NCBI GenBank assembly: GCA_950097015.1
Contig: CATNEN010000001.1
Location: 3,906,001 to 3,970,000 of the forward strand
DNA: 64,000 nucleotides
Reading direction: 5' to 3'
Origin: Macrostomum hystrix
Taxonomy: Eukaryota > Animalia > Platyhelminthes
How positions within the stretch are numbered: the first letter of the stretch is position 1; each line of letters begins with the position of its first letter. This document shows positions 26,401-38,942 of this stretch, piece after piece. The position numbers and the translations under genes were made by a program. Below the pieces are notes generated by a model, which was not told the DNA's origin, ran no database searches, and saw only the letters and a program-made list of their open reading frames with translations.

Positions 26401-29400
26401 AACTCCGGCCCGCGGGCCAGATGCGGCCCTTGAAGCTCCCAAATCCGGCCCGTTGCCCCTTCTGACATCTACAGTTTCCTGTTTCATCTCTCTCGTGTCT
26501 AATATCTCCCGTGTCTCATCGCTCTCGTATCTAATCTCTCCCGTGTCTAATCTCTCCCGTGTCTTATCTCTTTCGTGTCTAATTTCTCCCGTGTCTAATC
26601 TCTCCCGTGTCTAATCTCTTTCGTGTCTAATCTCTCCCGTGTCTAATTTCTCCCGTGTCTAATTTCTCCCGTGTCTAATCTCTTTCGTGTCTAATTTCTC
26701 CTGTGTCTAATCTCTCCCGTGTCTAATCTCTCCCGTGTCTAATTTCTCCCGTGTCTAATCTCTCCCGTGTCTAGTTTCTCCCGTGTCTAATTTCTCCCAT
26801 GTCTAATCTCTCCCGTGTCTAATCTCTCCCGTGTCTAATCTCTTCCCTGTCTCATCTCTCCCGTGTCTAATCTCTCCCGTGTCTCATCTCTCCCGTGTCT
26901 CATCTCTCCCCTATCTCATATTTATACAGTCAATGCGGCCCGCTGTCGTCTTTTAGGCTCTCTCTTTGGCCAGCAAGCAAATAAGTTTGCCTACCCTTGG
27001 CCTAGCCCTAGAAGGAAGAACTGAGGCGCTTCCTCGAGGTGGTCAACGACTTTTTAAAGTTGATGAAGAAATGCGTCAATTTCTGAACCAGAAGCTGCAA
27101 GAGAACCCCTTCCTAACGTTAAAAGAGATGGCCAACTGCATGGCTGCACAGTTTCCGGAGAAGCCTCAAGTGGGGTACAAGACGGTCGATCGGATGCTCC
27201 AAGGATGCTATACACCCTGAAGCTCGGAACGAAGGGCAGTGACACCAGAGCGAGCTGCAATCTGCCTGAAAACATCGAGGCCCGGAGAGAATATGCCAAC
27301 TTCATGCTGCACCTTGACGGCTCCATACACATCGTCTATTTGGACGAAACTGGATTAAACTTGTGGCTACAGCGATCGCAGGGCCGTGCCATCAGGGGTC
27401 GCCCTGTTAAGCGGACTGTGACGACACAAAGAGACGACTCTTTGGGCAGTGCATTGAGGGACAGCTATTTTAACTCTTTACTTTACTGTACTGTATCATC
27501 CAGTGTGTTCCTGTTTCCATTATTCCGTTCAAACTATTGGCTAGTCATGTGGCTCAGAAGGTACAAAAATAAAAGAATACAATGCATAGACCAATCGATT
27601 CTCACATTGGATGGCTTTTTATCACTTTGCTTGTCCTTTATTGTCTATGGCCCATAGACTAAGGCTGCACGCAGCCAGGCCTTTCGCAGTCAGCATAGGC
27701 AGGATTCTCATTTTGGGTGGCTTTATTCTGAGTTAGGCTGACAAAACCAATACTAATGATATATACTTCAGTTATACTCCTTAGCTACTGCTATACCATA
27801 GTACATTACATGCAAAGCTTACACTAGAAATATATTATTGCAAATGAGAAAAAGTTAGCCTATTCTTTATGTTATGATATGTTGTATTTATTACTTGCAT
27901 ATGCTATATATGAGTTGTATGTTGTCATGGATTTGAGTGCCTGCCTGCCCCATTGCTATGTGTAATGTTGTCACGTGTACACCTGGCGCTTCCCCCCTTC
28001 TGTGTGGATTTTGCAGTACATTGTGGGGTAGGTGTTGCATCAGAGATAGATAGAGAGACTGAGTGTATGTGTGTGCGACCTATCACTAGGCCTAAGTTTT
28101 GAAGGTAAAATATAAAGCAACTGTTCTTGTTGGCCATAGGCCTCTAAGGCATGTATTCCTGCTTATGTTGTCATCACATCATCATAGATTTGAAAACATA
28201 AAACCCGTAGTTTGGAACAATCTACATGTACCTAGAAAAATGACCTCCTGTTTTGGTGTACACTAATGTATGCCATATATAAAGTATAGGCAATTTCCTA
28301 GTTTGGCACATTTAATCATTTTCTATTTGAAATTGAGCATTTTAGTAGTAGAGCACAAATGGGCAACAGAACAAGTTACGGTAGTTAAATGTCTATAAAA
28401 GTTTATACTATCAATAGTTGTTTCTTAAATGGTTTTAAGTGGTATTAACAATAGGACTACCAAGTCATTTTGCCACCCGTTTTTTATACCAAGGGGGGAA
28501 ATTCCCCCCCCCTGAAAGCATTTTTGCTAGTGCCTGAATGCTTTGGGGGTGACTGATTGGTTGACAGACTAGTCAAGGGTGTCCTGTGGTTGAGCTGCAC
28601 CTAATAGTTAGGCTTGAACAGTGAAATTTGAGAAATTTGCATCAGGGTGTCCATAGTGGCCTAGTTCCATCTGTTGTAGCTCTTGAAGGTCTAGACAGAT
28701 AAGAGAGATAGATCTAGATAAAGGTCAGTAACTGCCAAAGTCGGAGATGATGCAAGCACATTTGGGTGACATGCTGATAAAGTTTGAAGGTCTGAAAAGG
28801 CTGCACTGAGGCATAGTGCAAATTCGTGTATAGGGGTGTATGAAATACACTAGCTCTTATGGGAAAAATCGGACCTTTGGCCAGAAACATTGAATATCTT
28901 GATGGTCTGAAGAGCTGACAACTTGTTTCTTGTTTTGGAAGATGAGCAACAAAAAGTTGGCACGTGTTCTTGAGTTTCATGTGCTTGCATTGTTCCATTT
29001 GGGTGCAGCAAAAAAATTGTCGGGGGGAGGGGAATTCCCCCCCTTGGTAGTTCTACTGTTAAATGCTGTAGTAGTGTTGCACTTAATACAGAAAGTTACC
29101 ATACATGTGCAACCTCCTAAATCTTAGCTGGCCGTGCGACTTAGTTTTTGCTCTATTTACGACTTGGTTTGCTCTCATTTGCTCTATTTTTCTCTCCCCT
29201 TTTTGGCCCTTGCTTGGCCCTTGTTTCACCCAACTGGTTCGGCCAGGTCCGCCGGGTGTTACGCATGTATGAAAGTTACCAAATATGTGGTCATGGAATA
29301 AGCGGTGCCATAGAAACACCTTGATATTTAACAAGCCAGCTTATGGTGCTCTCAATGTCAATGGTCAGCGCTGCCATCTCTTGCATACTACACTCAAGGT

Positions 29401-30560
29401 TGCAGAGGTCATTTGAATTGCGCAAGTTCACAGGCAACACAATTGTTGTAGGCACTGAAGGTCTACCAGCCATGTTTTGATATTCGTAGCTAATCCCTTA
29501 CCTTAGCTCGGTCCCAGGTCATTTCGGTGACAAGACATTTTGGTGACAGTCATTTCGGCGACAACTCAAGTCATTTCAGTGACACAATTAGTCAGATTGG
29601 TGACAACTATTTTTGCACCTAAATATGCTAAAAAACAGCCTTCCATTTTAACTATGCACACTTATAAAGTATTAATTAAATAATGCTATAAGTATTAGTA
29701 AGAAGCTGCATCGCTCTGATTAAGTCAGGGTTTTACTTTAAATGAGTAAAATAATTAAATTATTTTATGAGTAATCAATAGTTTCTATAGTTATTTGTTC
29801 CTAATTAAATGTGTATAATAATCATTTTCAAGTTTTGGATTGACAAGGCGAGTGCAGGCTTTAAGCAGCTGCTAGATTTTGAAAGGCTGTTTTCTCAGCA
29901 TATTTAGGTGCAAAAATAGTTGTCACCGAACTGACCAATTCTGTCACCGAAATGACTGTCACCAAAATGTTTTGTCACTAAAATGACCTGGGACCCTTAG
30001 CTCTTATCACCCCCAGACATTTATTCCATAGACTAAATGTCATCCCACATCACTTTAGCACAACTGGTCCATGTAAATATACAATTTCAAACAGAAAAGA
30101 CATAAAAAATTGAAACTAGGAAATTGCTAAAGTATATAATATCCTACTAAAAAGCTCTAAATCTCTCAAAAAATATTTTAAATAGTACATAGCTAAAAAC
30201 GAAAACAATAATTTATACTTGAACAAAATTTTTCATTTTTAGCAAGAAAAGAAATAAGTCAGTACTGTGTTTATTGTTCAATTTCATGATAATGTATGGG
30301 CAACTTTTGTGGACTAGGCCTATAGGCCTAATCATTATCAATAATGTAGTTTTTTTATTTTGATGCATGTTACAGACCAAAATAAAAGATTATGTAGTCA
30401 CCAACAGGCCCTTATAAAACTTTTTGAACGACAACAAGTCCTAAGTGCATCCAGAAATTTCAAGAAACAAATCAAAATAGTCTAAGCCAAGCTAGAAATT
30501 AATGGATTTTAGGCCTACCTCTGGATTTGACTCAAGTGGAATCCATTGCACCGTAGACAT
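23446..30560 (-). CDS. uchl3: Ubiquitin C-terminal hydrolase (peptidase C12, UCH-L3/L1-like), ~229 aa; exons 30560-30519, 25875-25587, 24019-23937, 23721-23446
   Basis: Motifs WIPLESNPE, FMDVYSLD, QTVSNACGT (catalytic Cys), LHYIA (His) and EFDGR (Asp). All three introns are GT-AG with compatible phases (0,1,0). The symbol is a family-level assignment. Confidence 0.92.
24052..24418. mobile_element. Palindromic MITE in UCH intron 2
   Basis: TIR gcttttgtcagccaagtc / gacttggctgacaaaagc, plus an inner ~55-bp inverted repeat (24092-24147 vs 24325-24380). Confidence 0.8.
24821..25413. mobile_element. TTAA-flanked MITE, copy 1
   Basis: ttaa|cagtagaactgccaag ... cttggtagtcctactg|ttaa. Confidence 0.82.
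25969..27750 (+). mobile_element. Defective IS630/Tc1-like DNA transposon in UCH intron 1
   Basis: ~130-bp TIRs (ttggttttgtcagcc...) and a TA target duplication. The transposase remnant has an HTH (SLREAAAVLQLPVPTAYRIAR) and VYLDETG; it is frameshifted and truncated. Confidence 0.88.
26389..26999. mobile_element. hAT (Charlie-type) non-autonomous element nested in the IS630/Tc1 transposase, carrying a 17-bp minisatellite
   Basis: TIR caggggtcggcaaact / agtttgcctacccttg and subterminal ggccc repeats. Imperfect target duplication gcctagaa / gcctagcc. Removing it restores the frame RQHRLE-GRTEALPRGG. Confidence 0.82.
28449..29058. mobile_element. TTAA-flanked MITE, copy 2 (inverted relative to copy 1)
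   Basis: ttaa|caataggactaccaag ... cttggtagttctactg|ttaa; aligns end to end with the reverse complement of 24821-25413. Confidence 0.85.
29510..29995. mobile_element. Foldback/MULE-like MITE
   Basis: Long TIRs starting ggtcccaggtcattt with internal tttcggtgaca repeats; target duplication cttagctc (8-9 bp) on both sides. Confidence 0.85.
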
Positions 30561-31952
30561 TTGTATGTTTACTATTTATCGGTAGAACTCTTTAAATAGT
30601 TTAATTATGCCCTGCTGAAAATAGTTGCAACTCGTAACTTAAAGATAAGCTATCCGTTTACGTTCAGGCTTACTTTTGTGTTCTTTTCATTACGAAAATA
30701 AATTTTCTATGAACTCTTGTTGGCTTTAGTTCAAATTTCTACTATGACATCCACCGATTTAAAAAGTTAAAAAACTAAACAAACCGACTTAAAAAAGGCA
30801 AGTCGCCTGTTTGGCCAATGCTGATTTATTTAGATATTAGGAAAATTTCGCCAGTGTTTATATGCAAATCCAATGCTTAGCAAATGTAGCAAAATTATCT
30901 TTTAAATCGGCACTGGTATATATGTAACGAAGGAAAAAGAGTAGTCGTCGCAGTCGGGAAATCTGTCGAGCATTAGATAGATTAGATTAAGGTTGAGCAG
31001 AGTGCTTTGAGTAGAATAGGGTACACATTAGATTTGAAAGGACAGTATAAATAATATGACAGAGTTTTGAATCCCCAAAGATTGCGGGTTTAATGAGGCA
31101 ATAAATATAAAGGGAGTTACCGATTAATATGCAAACGAAATTATTGGAAACACTGTCGATTGCTTATGAATGGGCGAAGCATCATAAAGACAAAGTAAAC
31201 ACAAATCAGCGAGGTGTAAAAAGTTTTGAATTAATATTTGGGATTTGGGCATAATTTGAAGGTATCAATCATTATCAAAGCGCGAAGGCAATATGCTTTC
31301 AGTTGCCGAAAAGAAGTTTTAAAAAGTTTTAGCCAGTAGTTCATATATGATTTACAAATCATATACAACCAATGCTGGACTTGCATCTTGTGTGTCAGAT
31401 GACGAAAAAGCAGAAGATGAATATCTATGAACCAGTATACAATATATCAAAACTTGCATATCATATTATTAAGAGCTAGCACTATTTCTCTGAGTCTAAA
31501 GAGACGCCTGATATATTTACAAAAGAATAGAAAAAAACAAACGTGAGAAAATGGTACTAGGATTATATAAAGCATATTTTTATTCGTTTACTTTAGCTAT
31601 GGTTTCATACTACTTTTCGAATAGTATGAAAGTTTTAACATTGTTTCAACGGCATTCCTTCGGTTTACGATCCCTGAAATTGGTGACGATCCCCATAAGA
31701 AAGATACGCAAGAGTAAGAAATTAGTGTTTTTTAATCATATTTTAAACCAGCACTGAAAATCACTCCAAGCCTTTTTATTTTTCTGTCGTCAAACGATCG
31801 AACGCCAACAAGAATGAAACTATGCAAAGAGATCTGCTCATTCGCGTACATTCATCAAATTGAAAGAGTTGCTCGTTACAGAACTCGTTTCAGAACTGTT
31901 TCATGAAGAGGATCCTATATATCCACTTCGGTTTACGATCATTTAAATGGCA

Positions 31953-32413
31953 GTTGCAGTCTATTTAAAGTTGCAGTCTATTTAAAGTTGCAGTCTATTT
32001 AAAGTTGCAGTCCATTTAAAGTTGCAGTCTATTTTAAAAGTTGCAGTCTATTTAAAGTTGCAGTCCATTTAAAGTTGCAGTCTTTTTAAAGTTGCAGTCT
32101 ATTTAAAGTTGCAGTCTATTTAAAGTTGCAGTCTATTTAAAGTTGCAGTCTATTTAAAGTTGCAGTCTATTTAAAGTTGCAGTCTATTTAAAGTTGCAGT
32201 CTATTTAAAGTTGCAGTCTATTTAAAGTTGCAGTCTATTTAAAGTTGCAGTCTATTTAAAGTTGCAGTCTATTTAAAGTTGCAGTCTATTTAAAGTTGCA
32301 GTCTATTTAAAGTTGCAGTCTATTTAAAGTTGCAGTCTATTTAAAGTTGCAGTCGATTTAAAGTTGCAGTCTATTTAAAGTTGCAGTCGATTTAAAGTTG
32401 CAGTCTATTTAAA
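31953..32413. repeat. 17-bp minisatellite (gttgcagtctatttaaa)
   Basis: About 27 copies immediately 5' of the LINE ORF. Confidence 0.95.
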
Positions 32414-35400
32414 CGCCCTGGTGTTTGAATAGCGCCGCCGCCTCCTGGTGCCACTGTCTGCAGCTGTCTACCATGCCAGTGCTACCAGTGCGTACCAAGG
32501 CCTCAACGGAGAGCCGCGCTCCTGCTGCGGCTGCCAAGAGCGGCACACCATCCAAGCGGCGTGGCCAACGCAGCGAACGTCGGCGAAAAGAACGGCGCCG
32601 CGAGCGCAACCGTCGTGGCCGACTTCGCGGACGCGAACGACGAGCCGCAAGCCAAAATGCTATGCTGCCTGGTGGTGCGGATCCTCCGGGTGGCGCCGGG
32701 GACCAAGAGGCCCCACAACAACGGGCCCCAGCTGAAACAAAATGCGCGCAACTGCTCAGGGTTGCGACCTGGAATTGTCGAACTCTACGGGCGAGGTGGA
32801 GACAACATCTGCTAGCACAACTTGCAGACGATCTTAAATTAGACCTAATCATGCTACAGGAAATTTCAATTAGCACCGAGCAGGGGCTTCGCCAGGAGCA
32901 CCTCGGCGGCGGCTGGCTCCTACATTATACCTCAGCGGATCCAAGAGGCCGAGGAGGAGTCGGTGTTCTGATAAGTCCACGGCTGCAGCGCTGCACCCGA
33001 TGCGAGAGCCTATCACCGAGACTGCTGCGAGTTGACCTGCGCCTGCGCTCGCGAAATGTGCGCCTGTTCTGCGCCTATGCACCCACAGCTGCACACCCGA
33101 CGGAGCATCAGCAATTTATGGAGTTCCTGTCAGGGCAGCTGGAGGCGGTCGCTCAGCGCGATTCGGTGCTTGTGCTCGGAGACTTCAACGCTGTGATGCG
33201 GAAATCTGAGCGCGCCCGGTTCGTCACTCCACGCGAGAACAGCAACACCGACGCACTAGTTGACTTTGCAGGGCGACACGATCTAGTATCGGCAAACACT
33301 ATTTTCCAAAAGCCGCAACAGAGACTGGCTACTTTTGCAGGATGCAAACGGCCGCGCCAAAAAGCCGACGGTAAATTTGCTAAGAGGAGATTCGCTCAGC
33401 TGGACCACGTGCTGCTTCGCTGGCGAGAGCGGCGCCGCGTGACCAATTGCGACACGGTGGCTCCACTTGCTGTGCCGTCGGACCACAGCTGCTGTATTGT
33501 GACCTGCACCTGAAGGACCCCCTGTATCGACCACCGAGACGGCAACCGAAGCACTATTTCCGAGCCCTTCGCAACTCAACTGTGAAGGATCGTTTCTGTA
33601 AGGCTTTCACCGAGGCAATGGAAGCGAGGGCGGATTAGATAGCAGACTACGGAAGCATCAGTTCAGCCATTCATGCCGCCGCTGCCAAAACACTGCCGAT
33701 GGCGCAGGCAGCACCAAGTGGTAAGCCTGTGTGGCAGGATGACGAGTCACTGCGACAGGCCCGGCTGACAGTCGAGAGGCTGCGACGAAGAGGACAAGCC
33801 ACAGAGGACGCTGAGAAAGCCCTGGCGGAGACCTTCAAGTCGCGGCAGTGCGCCGCGGTGGAGGATGCTATCCGCAAAATCACCGACGCTGGTCCTGACA
33901 AATAGCCGCGTGCCGTTTGGTCGGCTGTCAACGAGCTGACGGGACGCAAGCGGCGCAACGCGCTAAACCTAGCGGGTGATACACCTGAAAAACGTCGAAA
34001 CGAGCTCAAGGACTTCTTCTCCGGCATCGTCAACGCGCCACCACCACCTCTGTGCGACATATCGCTTCCTGAGGAGGTCGTGTTGCCGGAAGAGAGCGCC
34101 TTCAATATCAGCCCAATCACCATTGACGAAGTAATACATCTAGCAAAGAAGACTCCAGGAGGCAAGGCCACGGGACCTGACGACGTACCAGTGGAGGCGC
34201 TGCGTCTCCCTCTAGTAGCACAGGAAGTCACGCGAGTGATGAACTGTGTGCTCGACGGGGGCGCCGCCCCACCCGAGTGGCGAACTGCGCACATTGTCGG
34301 AATCCCGAAGAAACCTGGCACTGTCAAGATAGACGAGCACCGCGGAATCTCACTGATGTCCTGCACCGCGAAACTGTACAACAGGGTACTGCTGACGCGG
34401 CTGCAGCCAGTGCTGGATCCTTTCCTCCGGCGAGAGCAGAATGGTTTCCGGCCGTGCAGGGGCACAGTGACTCAAATTCTCGCGTTGCACCGCATCCTTG
34501 AAGAGGCTCGTATCCACCAAACAACCGTCGTCTGCATCTTTGTAGATTTGCTGAAGGCGTTTGATTCGGTGTCGAGGCGAGTCATCGCAACCATCCTCCG
34601 CGCGTACCACGTGCCTGAGCAGCTGGTGACGGCTGTGATGGCTCTGTACCAGGAGACCAGGGCGGCAGTTGTGACTCCAGACGGCCTGTCTGACTTTTTC
34701 GACACGTCTTCTGGTGTGCTGCAGGGGGACACTCTGGCCCCCTTCTTGTTCGTCCTGGTCCTGGACTGGGTGCTGCGCGTCAGTCTTCCTGATGACTCTG
34801 ATGGCTTCCTGATCTGCCGCAGAACGAGCAGGCGACATCCTGAGAAGCGAGTATCCATACTGGCTTACGCAGACGACCTGGCGCTGTTGTCAAGTTCCGT
34901 TGAAGGAGCCCAACGCATGCTGGACAAGCTGACAGCCGCAGCAGCTGTGGTCGGGCTGACTGTGAACGCCCGAAAAACGATGGTGCTCACGACGCCGACG
35001 GACCTACCGGCTGAGATCCGCTGCCGTGACCCGAGCGGGCAGGTGGCGCTGCTACCTCGCTGCACGGAGTTTTTGTACCTAGGCGGCCTGGTTCCGAGCG
35101 TGCAGGGCGACATCGCACGGCGCAGAGCTCTGGCCTGGGGAGCCTTCCGCTCCTTGCGAACTGTGCTGCAGTGCCCCGCGCTTCCAAACCGGCTGAGGGG
35201 GCGGTTGTATCAGGCCGTGATTGAAACCGTGCTCTTGTACAACGCCCACACGTGGACCCTGACCAGCTCGCAGGAGCGGCAGTTGGACGCCGCACACGCA
35301 GCTCTCCTGCGCGCCACCTTCGGGATCCACTACTAGCCGAACACCGCCACCATTGTCACCAACGATGAATTGTACCGCCGAGCCCAGCTTCGTCGACCAA

Positions 35401-35590
35401 GCCAGCTACTGCGATCCCGGCGCCTGCAGCTGGCCGGACACGTCTTTCGAGCGGAGCAGCGCTGCCAAGAGCCCCTGCAGGATGTACTGTTGCTTTCCCT
35501 GCAGGGACCGCGGCGGCGTGGCCAGGCGAGGACAGTGCGCTACGTCGACCTGCTTCTGTCGGACGCTGGCATCTCCGACCCCCGTGGAGT
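32414..35590 (+). mobile_element. Non-LTR retrotransposon (RTE-like; APE endonuclease + RT), inactivated
   Basis: APE motifs ATWNCRTL, LQE, YAPT, LGDFNA, LDHV, SDH. RT motifs GVLQGDTLAPFLF, YADD, FLYLG, then LAGHV. Frameshift near 33490 and stops at 33636, 33903 and 35334. Confidence 0.93.
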
Positions 35591-36013
35591 GACAATTCTG
35601 CGAAACGCTGCGCTTTTTAGTTTTAAGTTTCATTACTGTAAATACGTTTTCTATAAAAATATATGTAAAAAAATATATAAAAAGAGAAAATTTAAAATCG
35701 CGCCAAAAAGAACTATTTTGTTTTATTTTGTACCGTAAGAAAAATAATGCCGCATGTAAATATTTTGTTTTATTTTGTATCTTGTAAATAATACTATGTA
35801 AAAAGTCGCCATTAAAACAAAAGTTAATTTTTTACTGTATATATAGCCGCAATTTTGACTGGGAAAATATAAGTCGTTTAAGTCGTTTAAGTCGTTTGAG
35901 CTTGCTAAAGTTTACTAAAGTGTTCTGAAGTTGAAGTTTTCGAAGTGTTTAAGAAGAGTTTCTAAGTGTGTTTTAAATCAAAAGATTCAAGTGTTGCATT
36001 GTGTTATTCATTT

Positions 36014-36862
36014 GCATCTTTGCCAAAGGTTCATCAGCGAGTGGGGCTGCAGAGTCATAGAATCTCAGGCAGGAAAGAATTTGCTTAAAGCGATCTCTCG
36101 ACAGAGAGAACGACTGAGCTAGAAAGCCACAGTGAAACACGGAATCACCGGACCAGTAGTGGGCCAGCTCCGGCTTCTGGTCGATGCCCATGAGCAGTAT
36201 AATGCCAATAAGCTTGCGCATTTCATCAGTTGAGCAATCCTTCCAATTCAATATGATTTTGGGGACAGCATCCAATGTCTCGCATTCTTGAAAAATCTTC
36301 CAAGCCTTGTTGTCGGTCCATCTGCGAAGGTTCTCGAACAACTCGTCCGGCAAATACAACTTTAGGTAGGCCGACTCATTTCCATCGGCAGTTTCTGGTG
36401 GCTGCCAGTTGGGCCGAACTCCAGTGGTTCCCAGAAACTCGGGGACTGGAGATGGTCTGTTGTCAAGAGTTTCCTGAACGAGCTCCCAATCACCGACTGG
36501 GATTACAGGGACTTCATTAATCTCTTCGAAAAGCTCTTCGAAGTCGCTAGCAGATTCATCGTCGGTTACAATGGGTGAATCTAACGCAGAATCTATTTCA
36601 GAGTCAGAACTCATGATGCGTTTTTGCTGTCTTAGTCTGTTGTCGAGAAAATATCTTTAAAAATTAGGCTTGACAGCCTTAAAAAACAGAGGAACGAAGA
36701 AAATCTAGTTACTACGTGGCGAATCTGTTTGAAACATGCTTTCAGTCGTGAAGGGTGTGTATGTGAGTTAAAAATTTTCTACCAAAAAAATTCTATGGCA
36801 CGATTTCGGTCCAAGCCGTCAGGAACGGGTGTGTGTGTATAAAAGGGCAGTCAGGAAAAAGG
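36014..36862 (-). mobile_element. 3'-deleted piggyBac transposon
   Basis: ORF from 36614 with piggyBac N-terminal motifs (EMRKLIGIILLMGI, HYWS, LSRDRFKQILSCLRF, DEPLAK). The 5' end reads ttaa|cctttttcc at the LTR's own TTAA site. Confidence 0.88.
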
Positions 36863-36990
36863 TTAAGAGAGACTAGCAGTGAGAAATATACTCAGAACTA
36901 TACTCAGAACTATATTCAGGACTATACTCGGAAATATACTCAGAACCATACTCAGAATTATACTCAGAACCATACTCAGAATTATACTAA

Positions 36991-38669
36991 TGATGTGGAG
37001 TGTGCTGCGGGAATCGAGTGGGAGTGTGAGCCAGCATAATTTTTCAAATTTTTAAGTGTCTAATAATTGCGACCCACATAGCAGCTGGCCGCAAACACGA
37101 TCATTAATCTTAGGGCCGGGTTTGGGGCGGCGGTGAATTAAGTAGCCGTCGAATCCCTTCTCCCTGGATCTGTCTAGACCCCTGTAGGAATGACTGATCG
37201 CGGCCATAGCTTTTATTGTATGAGTAGTTTAGGTCATAATTCTCCTCCAAACCGCGATCAGATATAGGGGGTCACTCGGGCGTTATGAGTGATCATTAAT
37301 TCTTCATGTCCCCTCTTCTTTACAGTATTCGAGCCCAGCTCGACTTTATGACCTCCTTCCTTTTAGATACATGTAAATGTCACTGTAGGCAGGTCGGCGC
37401 CTGCGCTTCCCATTGTCCCGGCGGAGTAACAATCGCTGGCTGACTGCCGACGGCTGTTCGCGCAGGACATCTGTCGTTTCCCGCCGCCGGTTCATTGGGC
37501 AATTGGGGCGGCAATCGCCGCTTCAATTCCTCGATGACAGGCTGGCGCGAATGTGGGTTATTTTGATGGATGTCGGGGTTGGCGTGCTGCAAGGCCTATT
37601 TAAGCAAGCGCGCTGCGCTGCTCCCTCTAGGACCTCTTTTCTCCCACCGGCTCTTCCCCTTTCTCCCTGCCGGTTTACCTTTGCCGGGCCGGAATCCCAC
37701 CGGACCCAGGACTTGTCCCCCAGATCCACTTAGGGCTTAGACCCTAGAGCTTAGAGCTCCACGGCTAGCGCAGGCCCATTGCCTGTCCCCATTCCCCCTG
37801 AGCGCGAGCCACCTCTTTAGGTGGGCCGTTAAATTGAGCCTTGAGCTCCAAGCGTGTTGGCCCCTGCCAACTCGCAGCACTTCCCTCCCCTGTCTCTGCT
37901 GTCTTACCCCACCCCCTTCCCGAGATCAACGGGATTGCAGCACGCGGCCGAAGCGACTCCAGATAAGTAACCCGCGCAGCGGTTTTTTTGCAATTATTGC
38001 TCCTAAGGGACTTTCTATTAATTAGGCGGCTATTAGTGGGCACGGGCTTAGGATTTGAGGCTTAATATACGGACCATTCATTCGCCAATTATTAAAACAT
38101 TAGGCCAAATTTAATAACAATTTAAATCTTTCCGCCATGCTGTTATTTCCTCTTTATTTTCTCATTAGACAGCCCTCTACCATGAGTGGCTAATCTATTA
38201 GGGGAATGGGCTCTGGCACAGCCGAGCTGAAAGCTGCGGCAGGAAGGCAATTGTGAGCGCGCATGAGAGTAATATGGAGCTAGGGATGTGCAAGTAAGAT
38301 GCGGAGTGTAGCACGTGTTTCTTTCTGTCCAGGGGTGGGGAATTCCCTGGCGGGTTTTCCCCATTTCCTGGCGGATCTGGGAGTGCGTGTCGAGCTCCCC
38401 TGCCAATTGAGTTTCCCTTCTGTTTCCCCCTCTCGCTTCTACCGCCAGGGAAGTGGGGGGTGATGACCTTTTAACCTTACGCTTGCATAATCACTCAGCC
38501 AGTGTTCAGCCTAATCTCTCCTGCCTCTGATTTCCTCATCTCGCACAGATTCGGATTTGTTAGTGACCTAATGTGTAAGCTGCAATCTAATGTAAGGAAT
38601 GTGCCTGATGTTTTCATGAGTAGGATTCCGGCTATGGATTCTCATTCGAGTTCTTAGTACCACCTTTCT
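36991..38669. mobile_element. 1.7-kb insertion, possibly a solo LTR of another family
   Basis: Interrupts LTR copy C precisely, is flanked by an actaa duplication and starts TG. Weak terminal inversion and no credible ORF. Confidence 0.55.
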
Positions 38670-38942
38670 ACTAAGAGTATTGCAAAAAGGAAACTGCTAA
38701 ACTCTCGGGGACGCCTAATTGACTGGAAACGTGTACAGTTGCCTAATTACCGCTCGTGCAAATACATACGCTACCATTTGAGAAGCTAAAACGGCCCATT
38801 TAAGGACCGCCAGTCAAATATCTTTTAAATTGAGTCAACAGCAGTGAAATTGTTAAAATAGCCCCGTTACAACTTTGGTGTCTGAAGTGGGATTTTCTTA
38901 TAAAAGCCTGTTATTAAATATTGTAAATTTAGCCCTAGTACA

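Larger units (their letters stand above)
35590..38942 (+). mobile_element. Solo LTR of the Gypsy family (copy C), split by two insertions
   Basis: Segments 35615-36013, 36863-36990 and 38670-38942 align in order with the reverse complement of the LTRs at 41022-41875 and 63139+. It ends agccctagtaca, like those LTRs. Confidence 0.82.
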
